From positions 8,375 through 72,374 of the forward strand of contig CAIKBL010000041.1 in NCBI GenBank assembly GCA_903825645.1: a stretch of DNA of 64,000 bases, in the 5' to 3' direction. The notes beneath the pieces are model-generated. The model searched no databases, was not told the origin of the DNA, and saw nothing but the letters and a program-made list of their open reading frames with translations. The position numbers and the translations under genes are program-made. Source of the DNA: an uncultured Pseudomonadota bacterium (GTDB taxonomy: Bacteria; Pseudomonadota; Gammaproteobacteria; Ga0077536). Shown here one piece after another: positions 44,548 through 54,853 of this stretch. How positions within the stretch are numbered: position 1 is the stretch's first letter; each line of letters begins with the position of its first letter.

Positions 44548-45150
44548 ATGCGACTTATCTATTTTGACTTTCCAGGGCGTGGAGAGGCCATCCGGGACAC
44601 ACTCCGTCTCGGCGGTATACCGTTCGAAGACGCACGGGTTAACTTCGCTGAATTCATGGTGCTGCGAAAAGAAGGTCGGCTGCCTTGGGATACGCTACCC
44701 GTTCTCGAGTTGGATGATGGCACCATGCTCGGACAGAGTAATGCCCTCTTACGTTGGGCCGGTCTGCGGGCTGGCCTTATCCCGCCCGATCCGATTGATG
44801 CACTGCGGGTTGATGCCTTGCTCGACAATATCGAAGATTACGGTACGCGCATCAGCGTCAGTATCAGGGTGACGGACGATGGGCTACGGGCTCAGCTACG
44901 CGCGGAACTTACGGAACGCTGGCTGCCCGAGTGGTTTGATTTACTCCAGCGACGAATCCTCGAGGCGGGTCACGGTTGGCTCGCGGGCAAGACGCTGAGC
45001 ATCGCCGATCTGAAGGCAATCCATTTAATTGATAAAGTCACTAACGGAAGCCTCGCTGGTCTACGGACAGATGCCTTGCAGACATTCCCGGTACTTGCCG
45101 CCTGGCGCGCGCATGTCCATGAATTTCGACAGGAACATAAACTGCCGTGA
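44548..45150 (+). CDS. Glutathione S-transferase, Tyr-type (sigma-class-like)
   Basis: LIYFDFPGRGEAIR, IPFED, LPVLE, QSNALLR and LSIADL. Confidence 0.88.
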   Translation: MRLIYFDFPGRGEAIRDTLRLGGIPFEDARVNFAEFMVLRKEGRLPWDTLPVLELDDGTMLGQSNALLRWAGLRAGLIPPDPIDALRVDALLDNIEDYGTRISVSIRVTDDGLRAQLRAELTERWLPEWFDLLQRRILEAGHGWLAGKTLSIADLKAIHLIDKVTNGSLAGLRTDALQTFPVLAAWRAHVHEFRQEHKLP

Positions 45151-47468
45151 CCGCGGAGACTGAAGTGTCGGTTCTCTCATCGGCTCTTGAAGACACACAA
45201 AACCTTGATTGGCGGAACGCGCGTCATTACCGGCCTGACGAGCCGACAGATGGTGCCGTACTGGCCGATCTCGCACGCCAGCTCGCCGGACTCGATCGAG
45301 TCGATACGCCCGTGTGGGTTTTTGACGCGGAGCGCTGTCAAGCGCTGTGGGCAAACCCGGCAGGTCTCGAGATATGGAAAGCCAGCACCGTTCGAGAACT
45401 CCAAGAACGCAACCACAATGCCACACAGTCAGAGGCCGTTTACGCGCTTCTGAACGATTACCTGTGTCGAGTTAAAGATGGAGAAAAAATCGCGGTATGG
45501 GTCACACTGGACTCACGTGGGACGACCCGGCGGTGTTATCAAAGCCACCACCTCGTAACTTTAGCGGACAATCGTCATGTGTTGCTCGTTGAAGCGCAGG
45601 CTGAACCTCCCGCTGAGGAGATGTTCGCGCTTGCTTCGAACTACACGCTGACCATCGGTTTGTACGCCGTCAGCGGCAGGCTAGTCAGCGGAAATCCTGC
45701 ATTTATGGAACTATCCGAGGTCGAATTGCTATCCGATCTAAATGACCTGCTACCGCCGGATACTGCGTTCCGACAATGGCCTGAAACCCTGAAAGAAAAG
45801 GATACGTTGACTTTCGAAAAAACGCTTTCAACCAAACGCGGTAAGCGGACCTATCGTGGTGATCTGCGACTCGTCCGGACGCAGCGCGGTCGTCCGCAAG
45901 GGCTGTTGACGTTGTACGACTTAACCGAACAACGCCTGGTAGAGAGCGAGATGGCCCTGAGAGAAAGCCAATCCCGGATGGAACTCCTCCTCGATAATGC
46001 CAGAGCGGGCACTTTCACCTGGAACCTACTCGACCATTCCATGCATTTCGATCGCTATTTTTCGGCGATGCTTGGTTACGGTTATCAGGATTTGGCGCTG
46101 ACACAAGCCGTGTGGTCATTGATGATTCATCGAGAAGACAGCGTCCGGCTCAAGATAAAATTCAACTATAGCCCCGAGGATGGGGTGCGTTCGCTCAATG
46201 GCGAATTTCGTATCAAAGCGCAGTCTGGTGAATGGCAGTGGGTCTTTGCGCACGCGATAGTCTCGAAATCAAGTCCGACGGGCCGCCCCGTCGAAGCAAT
46301 CGGAATTGCTCTGGATATCCACGAACGGAAGCGCACCGAGATCGCGCTGGCGGAGAGCGAATTGCGACAGCGGACACTGCTCGGTGCCCTACCCGATTTA
46401 ATCCTCATCCATGATCAGCACGGAACGCTGATCGATCGTCAGACCGGCCGTCCGCAGGACTGGAATCTGGCCGCTGACATGTCGCCGACGGACGCGCCGC
46501 CTGAAACAATCCAGCTCGAGGTTGCCGCACGTCTGAGGGAAGCTCAGCGAACGGTCTTCGGGACGCACAAAATGGTGAGTGGGGATTACAGTGTGGCTGA
46601 AGACGAGGGAATCGTGCGCTACCGAGAATTCAGCATGGTCTCACTCGGGCAGGACCAGACCCTCACGGTGATTCGGGACGTCACACCCCGTGCGCTTGCA
46701 GAGCAGGAGCGTCGAGACATCGTGGTCCAATTGCAGCGCACGCAGCGAATGGATGCGATTGGACAACTCACGGGCGGCATCGCACACGATTTCAACAATA
46801 TTCTCGCGAGCATTCTGGCCCACGCCATGCAGGCTCAAGATCGGGATACCGTGCTCAGCGATCCCAAAGTCATTCGGCATCTGGAAGTCATCGTCAGTGC
46901 CGGCGAACGCGGCCGCGCACTCGTCCAGAAACTGCGCGCCTTCAGTCGGCACGCCGCCAGCACCGCCCCGAGCTTGATAGATCCCTTGCCGGTGATGAGA
47001 GAAATAGCTGAAATGTTGGAATCACTTATCCCGGCGCGAATTTCCTTTACCGCAGACATATCGAGCACCTTGCCGCAGGTGAAAATGGATGCAATTGATT
47101 TGCATCAAATACTCGTCAACTTGGTCCTCAATAGCCGTGATTCCATCGATCAGGGCGGCGCGATCACCATGAAAGCTTCCCTGATGCCCGCCTTCAAGGG
47201 CACCTGCGACGCCTGTCACCGAACGGTGCTCGGTGACTACCTCGCCTTCGTTGTGCAGGACAATGGCGGTGGCATCACCGATGCGGTGTTGCAGCAAATT
47301 TTCGACCCTTTCTTCACCACAAAAGACGTCGGCACCGGCACCGGCATTGGGCTTGCGGTTGTCGATGGCCTCACGCATCGCTTGGGAGGGCATATCGTCG
47401 TGGACACCGCGCTGGGTCAAGGAACACGGTTAACGATCCTGTTACCGCCCGGAGAATCGGTGCGCTGA
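45147..47468 (+). CDS. Cytoplasmic multi-PAS histidine kinase (CckA/NtrB-like H-box), no receiver domain
   Basis: GQLTGGIAHDFNNIL, NLVLNSRD, DNGGG, FDPFFTTK and GTGIGL; PAS/PAC repeats; no TM segment. Confidence 0.9.
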   Translation: MTAETEVSVLSSALEDTQNLDWRNARHYRPDEPTDGAVLADLARQLAGLDRVDTPVWVFDAERCQALWANPAGLEIWKASTVRELQERNHNATQSEAVYALLNDYLCRVKDGEKIAVWVTLDSRGTTRRCYQSHHLVTLADNRHVLLVEAQAEPPAEEMFALASNYTLTIGLYAVSGRLVSGNPAFMELSEVELLSDLNDLLPPDTAFRQWPETLKEKDTLTFEKTLSTKRGKRTYRGDLRLVRTQRGRPQGLLTLYDLTEQRLVESEMALRESQSRMELLLDNARAGTFTWNLLDHSMHFDRYFSAMLGYGYQDLALTQAVWSLMIHREDSVRLKIKFNYSPEDGVRSLNGEFRIKAQSGEWQWVFAHAIVSKSSPTGRPVEAIGIALDIHERKRTEIALAESELRQRTLLGALPDLILIHDQHGTLIDRQTGRPQDWNLAADMSPTDAPPETIQLEVAARLREAQRTVFGTHKMVSGDYSVAEDEGIVRYREFSMVSLGQDQTLTVIRDVTPRALAEQERRDIVVQLQRTQRMDAIGQLTGGIAHDFNNILASILAHAMQAQDRDTVLSDPKVIRHLEVIVSAGERGRALVQKLRAFSRHAASTAPSLIDPLPVMREIAEMLESLIPARISFTADISSTLPQVKMDAIDLHQILVNLVLNSRDSIDQGGAITMKASLMPAFKGTCDACHRTVLGDYLAFVVQDNGGGITDAVLQQIFDPFFTTKDVGTGTGIGLAVVDGLTHRLGGHIVVDTALGQGTRLTILLPPGESVR

Positions 47469-47688
47469 AAACGCCCGGTCGGCCTGGAAGAAAGGCGCGA
47501 CGCGACCGCTTTTGGACACCGCTTCGCCGCGCTACCGAGGTCCACCGTGCCCCGCCCGTGTGGTAGATTTCATGGATCAAGCCCCTCGTGTAGAGTCTGA
47601 TCTTGCGGTGCGGCTAAGAGATCGGCTGATGATCTGCTAACCCACATAACCCAGCCCACTACGGCCGAAAAAATGAGAACACACTGAA

Positions 47689-50600
47689 GTGATCAAACGA
47701 AAAATAAAACGCCTGCTGGTAGCCAATCGGGGTGAAATCGCCATTCGCGTCATGCGGGCGGCGGCAGAGCTCGAAATTGAAAGCATCGCCATTTATTCTC
47801 AGGAAGACCGCTTCGCGCTCCACCGTTTCAAGGTCGATGAAGCCTTCCTCGTGGGGCATGGCAAAACACCCGTACAGGCTTACCTCGACGGGGAAGACAT
47901 TATCCGGATCGCGCTCGAAGCCGGCGCAGACGCCATACACCCCGGATATGGGTTCCTCTCCGAACGACCGGAATTCGCGGAAGCCTGCGGGGCCGCCGGA
48001 ATAATCTTCATCGGCCCCTCACCCGAGGTCATGCGTGCGCTTGGCAATAAAGTCGCGGCGCGCCAAATAGCGGTGTCTTCCGGGGTTCCTGTCATGCCGG
48101 CTACCGGGCCACTACCGGAGGATCCTGACACGATTCACGCGCTCGCCGAAAGCATCGGTTACCCCTTGATGCTAAAGGCTTCGTGGGGTGGAGGGGGCCG
48201 AGGGATGCGGGTCATCGAGGACGCCGCCACCTTGCTCGAACTGGTTTCTGTTGGACGACGCGAGGCGGAGCAAGCGTTCGGAAATGGTGAAGTCTATCTC
48301 GAAAAGCTCATACGCCGTGCTCGTCACGTAGAGGTCCAAATCATCGGCGACACCGCCGGCAATCTGGTTCATTTATTTGATCGAGACTGTACGGTCCAGC
48401 GGCGTAACCAGAAGGTGGTGGAGCGCGCACCATCGATGTTCCTGAGTGAGGAGCAACGTGCCGAGATCTGTGAAGCGGCGATAAAGCTCTGTCGATACGC
48501 AGGCTATTCCAACGCCGGGACCGTCGAATTTCTGCAGAATGCCGACACCGGGGAGATCTACTTCATCGAAGTGAATCCCAGAATTCAGGTCGAACATACC
48601 GTGACAGAGTCGATTACCGGCGTCGACATTGTCAAAGCTCAAATCAGGATAGCGGAAGGGGCCGTACTAGGGAGCCCGGAAAGTGGCGTCCCTGCCCAGT
48701 CCGCGATTCGCTGCAACGGGTACGCGATGCAATGTCGGGTCACTACCGAAGATCCCGAGAATAATTTTATTCCGGATTATGGAACTATCACGGCGTATCG
48801 CAGCCCAGCGGGGTTTGGTATCCGCCTCGATGCAGGTACCGCCTATACCGGCGCGCAGATCACCCGCTTTTACGACTCTCTGCTCGTGAAAGTAACCGCT
48901 TGGGGAACCAGTCCTGAGGAGACTACTGCACGTATGCTTCGGGCGCTGCGTGAATTTAGAGTTCGGGGCGTAGTCACCAATCTCCGGTTTCTTGAGCAAC
49001 TATTGCGCCATGCGGATTTTGTTTCGGCTCGCTACTGCACGACCTTCATTGACACTGCACCAGAACTTTTTAATTTCGAACATCGTCAAGATTTCGCTAC
49101 CCCTTTGCTACGTTTCGTCGGCGATGTGATCATCAATGGCAATGACGCCGTAAAGAATCGTCTGCGACCCGCAAAGCCCGTGGTTCCGGATCCGCCGCCG
49201 ATGACGCATCGGATCCCGCCAGCAGGTACCCGCCAACAACTCGCTCAACTCGGAGCCGCGGGTTTTGCCGCTTGGATGCGTAACGAACAACGTGTACTGG
49301 TGACCGATACAACGTTCCGGGATGCACACCAATCCTTATTGGCGACGCGTATGCGAAGCTACGACATGTTACAGATCGCGGGCTCCTACGCCGAGCGACT
49401 ACCGAACCTGTTTTCGATCGAATGTTGGGGAGGAGCCACTTTTGATGTGGCCATGCGATTCCTTCATGAGTGTCCCTGGCAGCGTCTACGTGGCCTGCGC
49501 GAACGAATGCCAAACGTGCTGTTGCAAATGTTGCTACGCGGCTCAAACGCGGTGGGTTATACGAACTACCCCGACAATGTTGTCGAGTACTTCGTCCAAC
49601 AAGCCGCACATGAGGGCATCGATGTTTTCCGCATCTTCGATTCACTCAACTGGGTCGAGAATATGAGGGTCGCCATCGATGCAGTGATTGCCACTGGCAA
49701 ACTCGCTGAAGGGGCGATTTGTTACACCGGCAATCTCAGCGATCCAACCTGCACTAAGTATGACCTGAAGTACTACGTGCAATTGGCGAAATCCCTCGAA
49801 CGCGCTGGCGCCCATATCATTGGTATCAAGGATATGGGGGGGCTTTGTCGACCCGCCGCTGCATACACGCTGGTCAAAGCGCTGAAAGACGAGTGTGCAC
49901 TGCCCATTCATTTTCACACGCACGATACCAGCGGCATTTCTGCGGCTAGCGTGCTGGCGGCCGTCGAGGCCGGCGTGGACGCTGTCGATGCCGCAATGGA
50001 CGCGATGAGCGGACTGACTTCGCAACCCAACTTAGGCTCCATTGTTGAAGCGCTTCGTCATGGTCCCCGTGATACTGGACTCGATCCGGACGAGATTCGG
50101 ACGTTGTCGAGCTATTGGGAACAAGTGCGCGGAAATTACAGTGCCTTTGAAAGCGAGATCCGTGCAGGCGCATCTGAAGTCTACGTGCACGGAATGCCGG
50201 GAGGGCAATATACGAATCTCCGCGAACAGGCTTTATCGCTCGGGATCTCCGCCCCACGCTGGCCCGAAGTGGCCAAAGCTTACGCCCAGGTAAATGAAAT
50301 GTTTGGCGATATTATCAAAGTGACCCCCAGTTCAAAGGTGGTCGGCGACATGGCGCTGATGATGGTCACCAGTGGCTTGACGCGTGATGACGTCGAATCT
50401 GCTGACACGGAGATCACCTTCCCAGAATCCGTCGTGTCTTTTTTCCGTGGTGATCTTGGCCAGCCCTATCAAGGGTTTCCGGTGCCCTTACAGCGGAAAA
50501 TACTAAAAGATACCGCCGCGTTGACGGAACGCCCCGGGGCGTCTATGCCGAGCGTCGATCTTGCGGTCGCCCGCAGGGACGCAGAGGTTCGGGTACAACG

Positions 50601-51141
50601 GGCGATTTCGGATGCTGAGTTCGCGTCCTATCTCATGTACCCGCAAGTCTTCGTCGAGTACGCGGCCACGCAACGGGAATACGGTGATTTAACCCCGCTA
50701 CCGACCTCCGTCTTTTTCTATGGCATGGAAGCCGGCCAAGAAGTCAATGTGGTGATGGGACGCGGCAAGGCGCTGGTCATGCGCTATGTGGGTGCCAGCG
50801 ATCCCCATGATGACAACTGCCGTTCGGTTTTCTTCGAGTTGAACGGTCAACCACGCCCAATCAAGGTAGCGGATCGCGCACGCCTCGCCCCAACTAAGGC
50901 TCCACACCCTAAAGCGGAGCGTGATAATCCCCTGCAACTCGGCGCACCGATGCCCGGCGTCATTACGCAAATCGCGGTAAAAACAGGCGACAAGGTAGCG
51001 CGTGGGGATATCCTCATGACGCTGGAGGCAATGAAAATGCAGACATCCATCAGAGCAGAACTAGCTGGAGAAATAAAACAAATTGCGGTCGCGATCGGAC
51101 AACAAGTAGATGCAAAAGATCTGCTGGTCGTCACCGGATAA
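47689..51141 (+). CDS. pyc: Pyruvate carboxylase, single polypeptide (BC-CT-BCCP)
   Basis: ANRGEIA, HPGYGFLSE, RDAHQSL, ECWGGATFD, HTHDT and the biotin motif EAMKM. Confidence 0.97.
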   Translation: MIKRKIKRLLVANRGEIAIRVMRAAAELEIESIAIYSQEDRFALHRFKVDEAFLVGHGKTPVQAYLDGEDIIRIALEAGADAIHPGYGFLSERPEFAEACGAAGIIFIGPSPEVMRALGNKVAARQIAVSSGVPVMPATGPLPEDPDTIHALAESIGYPLMLKASWGGGGRGMRVIEDAATLLELVSVGRREAEQAFGNGEVYLEKLIRRARHVEVQIIGDTAGNLVHLFDRDCTVQRRNQKVVERAPSMFLSEEQRAEICEAAIKLCRYAGYSNAGTVEFLQNADTGEIYFIEVNPRIQVEHTVTESITGVDIVKAQIRIAEGAVLGSPESGVPAQSAIRCNGYAMQCRVTTEDPENNFIPDYGTITAYRSPAGFGIRLDAGTAYTGAQITRFYDSLLVKVTAWGTSPEETTARMLRALREFRVRGVVTNLRFLEQLLRHADFVSARYCTTFIDTAPELFNFEHRQDFATPLLRFVGDVIINGNDAVKNRLRPAKPVVPDPPPMTHRIPPAGTRQQLAQLGAAGFAAWMRNEQRVLVTDTTFRDAHQSLLATRMRSYDMLQIAGSYAERLPNLFSIECWGGATFDVAMRFLHECPWQRLRGLRERMPNVLLQMLLRGSNAVGYTNYPDNVVEYFVQQAAHEGIDVFRIFDSLNWVENMRVAIDAVIATGKLAEGAICYTGNLSDPTCTKYDLKYYVQLAKSLERAGAHIIGIKDMGGLCRPAAAYTLVKALKDECALPIHFHTHDTSGISAASVLAAVEAGVDAVDAAMDAMSGLTSQPNLGSIVEALRHGPRDTGLDPDEIRTLSSYWEQVRGNYSAFESEIRAGASEVYVHGMPGGQYTNLREQALSLGISAPRWPEVAKAYAQVNEMFGDIIKVTPSSKVVGDMALMMVTSGLTRDDVESADTEITFPESVVSFFRGDLGQPYQGFPVPLQRKILKDTAALTERPGASMPSVDLAVARRDAEVRVQRAISDAEFASYLMYPQVFVEYAATQREYGDLTPLPTSVFFYGMEAGQEVNVVMGRGKALVMRYVGASDPHDDNCRSVFFELNGQPRPIKVADRARLAPTKAPHPKAERDNPLQLGAPMPGVITQIAVKTGDKVARGDILMTLEAMKMQTSIRAELAGEIKQIAVAIGQQVDAKDLLVVTG

Positions 51142-51208
51142 GTAGTTTCCCCGCGCGGGCGACGCCAAGGGACGCGCAAGAGCTCGTCCTAAGTGCCCGG
51201 CCGTTGTT

Positions 51209-51850
51209 TTAGCGCACGAAATCCCCGACAAAGGGATTGCTTCGACGCTCCTCGCCAAAAGTGGATACCGGACCGTGCCCTGGCACGAAGGTAACGTCGT
51301 CACCCAAGGGCCAGAGTCGGGTACGAATAGAGTTGATTAACGCTTCGTGATCGCCTCTCGGAAAATCGCTACGTCCGATCGATCCCTGAAACAGCACGTC
51401 GCCGACGAAAGCGACCTTAGCGTCCGGGTGAAAAAACACGACGTGTCCGGGCGTGTGGCCGGGACAGTGGCGAACCCGCAGGGTTTCATGGCCGACGGTG
51501 ACTTCGTCGCCCTCTGAGAGCCAACGATCGGGAACGAAAGTGTCCGCCGGTGGGAACCCGTACTTGGCGCTCTGCTCCGGCAACAAATCTATCCAGAACT
51601 GATCATCCTGATGAGGGCCTTCAATCGGAAGAGATAGTCGCACCGCGAGTTCGGCGACTGCGCCTGCGTGGTCTATATGGGCGTGGGTAACTAAGATTTT
51701 CTCGAGCACTAATCCTTCGCGGGCAACCAGTGCGAGCAATTTTTCCAGATCCCCGCCCGGATCGATGAGGGCGGCATGACGCGTGGTCTCGCACCAGATA
51801 AGCGAACAATTCTGCTGAAAGGGAGTTACAGGAACAATCGCGACCTTCAC
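51209..51850 (-). CDS. Glyoxalase II-like MBL hydrolase (YcbL/GloC family)
   Basis: PVTPFQQNCS, THAHIDH, PGHTPGH, GRSDFP, PGHGP and NPF. GTG start after GAGGAG. Confidence 0.9.
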   Translation of the reverse strand: MKVAIVPVTPFQQNCSLIWCETTRHAALIDPGGDLEKLLALVAREGLVLEKILVTHAHIDHAGAVAELAVRLSLPIEGPHQDDQFWIDLLPEQSAKYGFPPADTFVPDRWLSEGDEVTVGHETLRVRHCPGHTPGHVVFFHPDAKVAFVGDVLFQGSIGRSDFPRGDHEALINSIRTRLWPLGDDVTFVPGHGPVSTFGEERRSNPFVGDFVR

Positions 51851-51988
51851 GGCTTTCTCCTCAGGATGGAACTGACGGGGACGGCTGTGCATCCCACACG
51901 ACAATGCTATGCTCATATATGGCACAGAGACACGCAATTAACTCGCGAGCCTGTGTTGCGTCGCTACCGATGAGTTGAATCGATCCCA

Positions 51989-52531
51989 ATGGAAGAAAAA
52001 AAAGATCCGATCGTTCGCGCCGAAAAGGCCCTTGAATTTCGGCAGACGGTTTCACAAGTCTGGAACCCAGACTCTATCGTACCTGGTACCCAACTGGATC
52101 GGATGGTTGGCCTTACTCGGTCAAGGGTGAACCTTATCCGACTGAATCCCGGCACAGAAGCGTCGCCTTATCACACCCGACACTGCGAGGAGGAGTGGAT
52201 TTACGTATTGCAAGGACAAGGTGTGGTTGAAATAGATGGGAGCGAACATCTACTCGGCGTAGGAGATTTCGTCGGCTTCTCCGCGCCCTCGGTTCCGCAT
52301 CAATTGCGTAATCCGTTCGGAAAATCACTTATTTGTTTGATCGGGGGCGAACGCGCCGAAATCGATATCGCGGATTTTCCGCGACTCGGCAAGCGGATGT
52401 TTCGGCGCGGCGACCATATGGAGGTCTATGACACCACCGATGCTGAAGAAATCGCCCCGGCCGATTTTGATGAGTACATGACCCAAAGCTATCGACGAGC
52501 ACAGCACCAAGGAGAACCTGATGGCGATTGA
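51989..52531 (+). CDS. Cupin-domain protein
   Basis: VGLT...EEEWIYVLQGQG...GDFVGF...HQLRN...GGER. Confidence 0.85.
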   Translation: MEEKKDPIVRAEKALEFRQTVSQVWNPDSIVPGTQLDRMVGLTRSRVNLIRLNPGTEASPYHTRHCEEEWIYVLQGQGVVEIDGSEHLLGVGDFVGFSAPSVPHQLRNPFGKSLICLIGGERAEIDIADFPRLGKRMFRRGDHMEVYDTTDAEEIAPADFDEYMTQSYRRAQHQGEPDGD

Positions 52532-52988
52532 AGAAGGAAAGGTAGCACCTGCGTTTACCCTACAGGATCACAGGGGAACGACACGTTCGCTCGCCGAATT
52601 CAAAGGACAGGACGTGGTGGTGTACTTCTACCCCAAGGATGACACGCCCGGTTGTACTAAGGAGGCCTGTGGCTTCCGTGACCTTTGGGACAGCTTCAAG
52701 AAACAGAACGTTGTCGTCCTCGGCATTTCTGCTGACGGCGTTTCTTCTCATGCTGGATTTATCGAGAAGTTCGATCTTCCATTTTTGCTGCTTTCTGATC
52801 CGGACAGAAAAGTCATGACGCAATACGCCGCTTATGGCGAAAAAATGATGTACGGGAAGAAGACGGTCGGGGTCATTCGATCGACGGTCTGGATTGGCGC
52901 GGACGGAAAAGTCCGTAGGCACTGGCGAAAAGTACCCAAAGCGGAGTCGCACCCTGTCGCTGTCCTCGCGGCTATAACAGCGAGCTGA
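52521..52988 (+). CDS. bcp: Peroxiredoxin BCP/PrxQ
   Basis: YFYPKDDTPGCTKEACGFRD and RST. Confidence 0.93.
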   Translation: MAIEEGKVAPAFTLQDHRGTTRSLAEFKGQDVVVYFYPKDDTPGCTKEACGFRDLWDSFKKQNVVVLGISADGVSSHAGFIEKFDLPFLLLSDPDRKVMTQYAAYGEKMMYGKKTVGVIRSTVWIGADGKVRRHWRKVPKAESHPVAVLAAITAS

Positions 52989-52991
52989 AAC

Positions 52992-53039
52992 TGCCCGCTC
53001 CTCGAGCATCCGCGCCACCCTCGGGCGCGGGGAGCGGCA
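52992..53039. other. GC-rich nested hairpin between bcp and regB
   Basis: CCGCTCC/GGAGCGG encloses CCGCGCC/GGCGCGG. No U-tract follows on either strand. Confidence 0.45.
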
Positions 53040-53076
53040 CGCCTAGACCATGAGGTGGCAGTGAAAAAAACCGGGC

Positions 53077-54321
53077 ATGCAAGTCGTCCTCAAATACCTG
53101 TTAATCCTACGTAGTCTCCTCATCATCGCTCAATTGATGGCGCTGGCTGTATTGGACGCTGGCTTTCACTTCGAGGTCCCCTGGCGCGCGGTCTCGATCA
53201 CGCTCCTTCTCATGACTGCATTAACTGCCCTCACCTGGCGCCATCTGAATGAGGCACGATTAGCTCGCGCGTGGATATTCGTAGCTCAACTACTCGCCGA
53301 TATCATCGCACTGACGGTACTGGTCTTTTTCACCGGGGGAGCACTGAACCCCTTTATTTCTCTGTTCTTGCTCCCTATTACGTTCGCCGCAGCGGCACTC
53401 CCTTTGATGCATACGACCATCATCGCGGGCGCCGCAGGACTTGCCTACACGGCACTCATGTTTGTGCATCCCCACGAGCATCATAGTGCCGTGAGTGTCT
53501 GGGGTTTTGACTTGCACGTTTGGGGGATGTGGTACGGCTTTTTGCTCAGCGCAGCCTGTATTGCGATTTTCGTGGCGCGCATTGCCCGGACACTTCATGA
53601 ACAATCCGTGGCCCTTACCGCCACACGAGAGCACGTATTGCGCAATGAACGCATTGTAGCCTTGGGCACGCTTGCAGCTGGGACAGCCCATGAATTAGGT
53701 ACGCCTCTCGCCACGATGGCGATCGTGGCACACGATCTCGCAAGCGATCTGTCCGATCAACCGGACTTACAGGCTGCCGTGCGTCTGCTACAAGACCAAT
53801 TACAGCGCTGCAAACGCACGCTCGCTCAGCTCGCGGTCGATGCGGGTCAACTACCGGCTGAAGAGGTCTATCGGATTACCTTAGAGCGTTTTCTGAGACA
53901 ACTTTCAACTGATTTCCGCGCCCTCAATCCACAGGTGAATCTGCAGGAAAAGGTCCGTCCAGGACCGCCGCTGCCAATCGTCGTCGACCGGACGCTCCGG
54001 CAAGCGCTGAATAATATTCTCAACAATGCTGGCCAAGTTTCCCCACATGCCGTCACATTGGAATGCGCATGGGATAGCCGATATCTGGCGCTGGAAATCA
54101 TGGATGAGGGTCCCGGCATCGCCTCGGATGTTCAAGCGCAGCTAGGTCGGGCAGTGGTGAGTTCCAAAGTCGACGCGGGTGGCATGGGGCTGGGCATTTA
54201 CCTGGCCACCACCACCCTCCAACGTTACGGTGGAGAAGTTCAGTTTTACGCGCGAACCCAGGGAGGCACCCGTGTTTCAGTCAAACTACCCCTGGAGACC
54301 CTTCAAGGGCTTCGCGGATGA
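53077..54321 (+). CDS. regB: RegB/PrrB/RoxS-family redox sensor kinase
   Basis: GGALNPF (quinone-binding GGxxNPF motif), AAGTAHELGTPLAT, QLQRCK (redox Cys position) and GMGLG. Confidence 0.88.
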   Translation: MQVVLKYLLILRSLLIIAQLMALAVLDAGFHFEVPWRAVSITLLLMTALTALTWRHLNEARLARAWIFVAQLLADIIALTVLVFFTGGALNPFISLFLLPITFAAAALPLMHTTIIAGAAGLAYTALMFVHPHEHHSAVSVWGFDLHVWGMWYGFLLSAACIAIFVARIARTLHEQSVALTATREHVLRNERIVALGTLAAGTAHELGTPLATMAIVAHDLASDLSDQPDLQAAVRLLQDQLQRCKRTLAQLAVDAGQLPAEEVYRITLERFLRQLSTDFRALNPQVNLQEKVRPGPPLPIVVDRTLRQALNNILNNAGQVSPHAVTLECAWDSRYLALEIMDEGPGIASDVQAQLGRAVVSSKVDAGGMGLGIYLATTTLQRYGGEVQFYARTQGGTRVSVKLPLETLQGLRG

Positions 54322-54848
54322 CCCAAATACTGATCGTCGACGACGATGAAATTTTTACCACGGTACTGGCGTCTGCCCTACGCCGACGCGGCTTAGCGCC
54401 CTGGTGTGCGCACACCTCGCAGGAGGCTTATCGACTTGTACACGCGCAGGCCATCGATTCCGTGGTGCTTGATCTGCGGCTGGCCACAGAAAGCGGACTG
54501 GACATGATTTCGACCCTGTGCACCGCCCGGCCAGGTGTCAAGATCATCGTCTTAACCGGTTACGCAAGCATTGCAACGGCCGTAGAGGCTATTAAGTTGG
54601 GCGCGCATCATTACCTGACCAAACCGATTGACGTAACCACCTTACTCGACGCGTTCGCGTACGAGCCGGGCATTGTGCCGACGCGACTGTTGGAGACGCC
54701 GACTCCCTTAGATCAACTAGAATGGGAACATATTCAGCGCGCGCTGATTGGCTCAGGCGGCAATGTGTCGGCGGCGGCAGCGGCCTTGGGCATGCACCGA
54801 CGAACCTTACAGCGCAGACTAAAAAAACGTCCATCAGGACTCCGGTGA
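54318..54848 (+). CDS. regA: RegA/PrrA/RoxR response regulator
   Basis: LTGYASIATAVEAIKLGA, LEWEHIQRAL and GNVSA...LGMHRRTLQR. Confidence 0.92.
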   Translation: MTQILIVDDDEIFTTVLASALRRRGLAPWCAHTSQEAYRLVHAQAIDSVVLDLRLATESGLDMISTLCTARPGVKIIVLTGYASIATAVEAIKLGAHHYLTKPIDVTTLLDAFAYEPGIVPTRLLETPTPLDQLEWEHIQRALIGSGGNVSAAAAALGMHRRTLQRRLKKRPSGLR

Positions 54849-54853
54849 CAATT

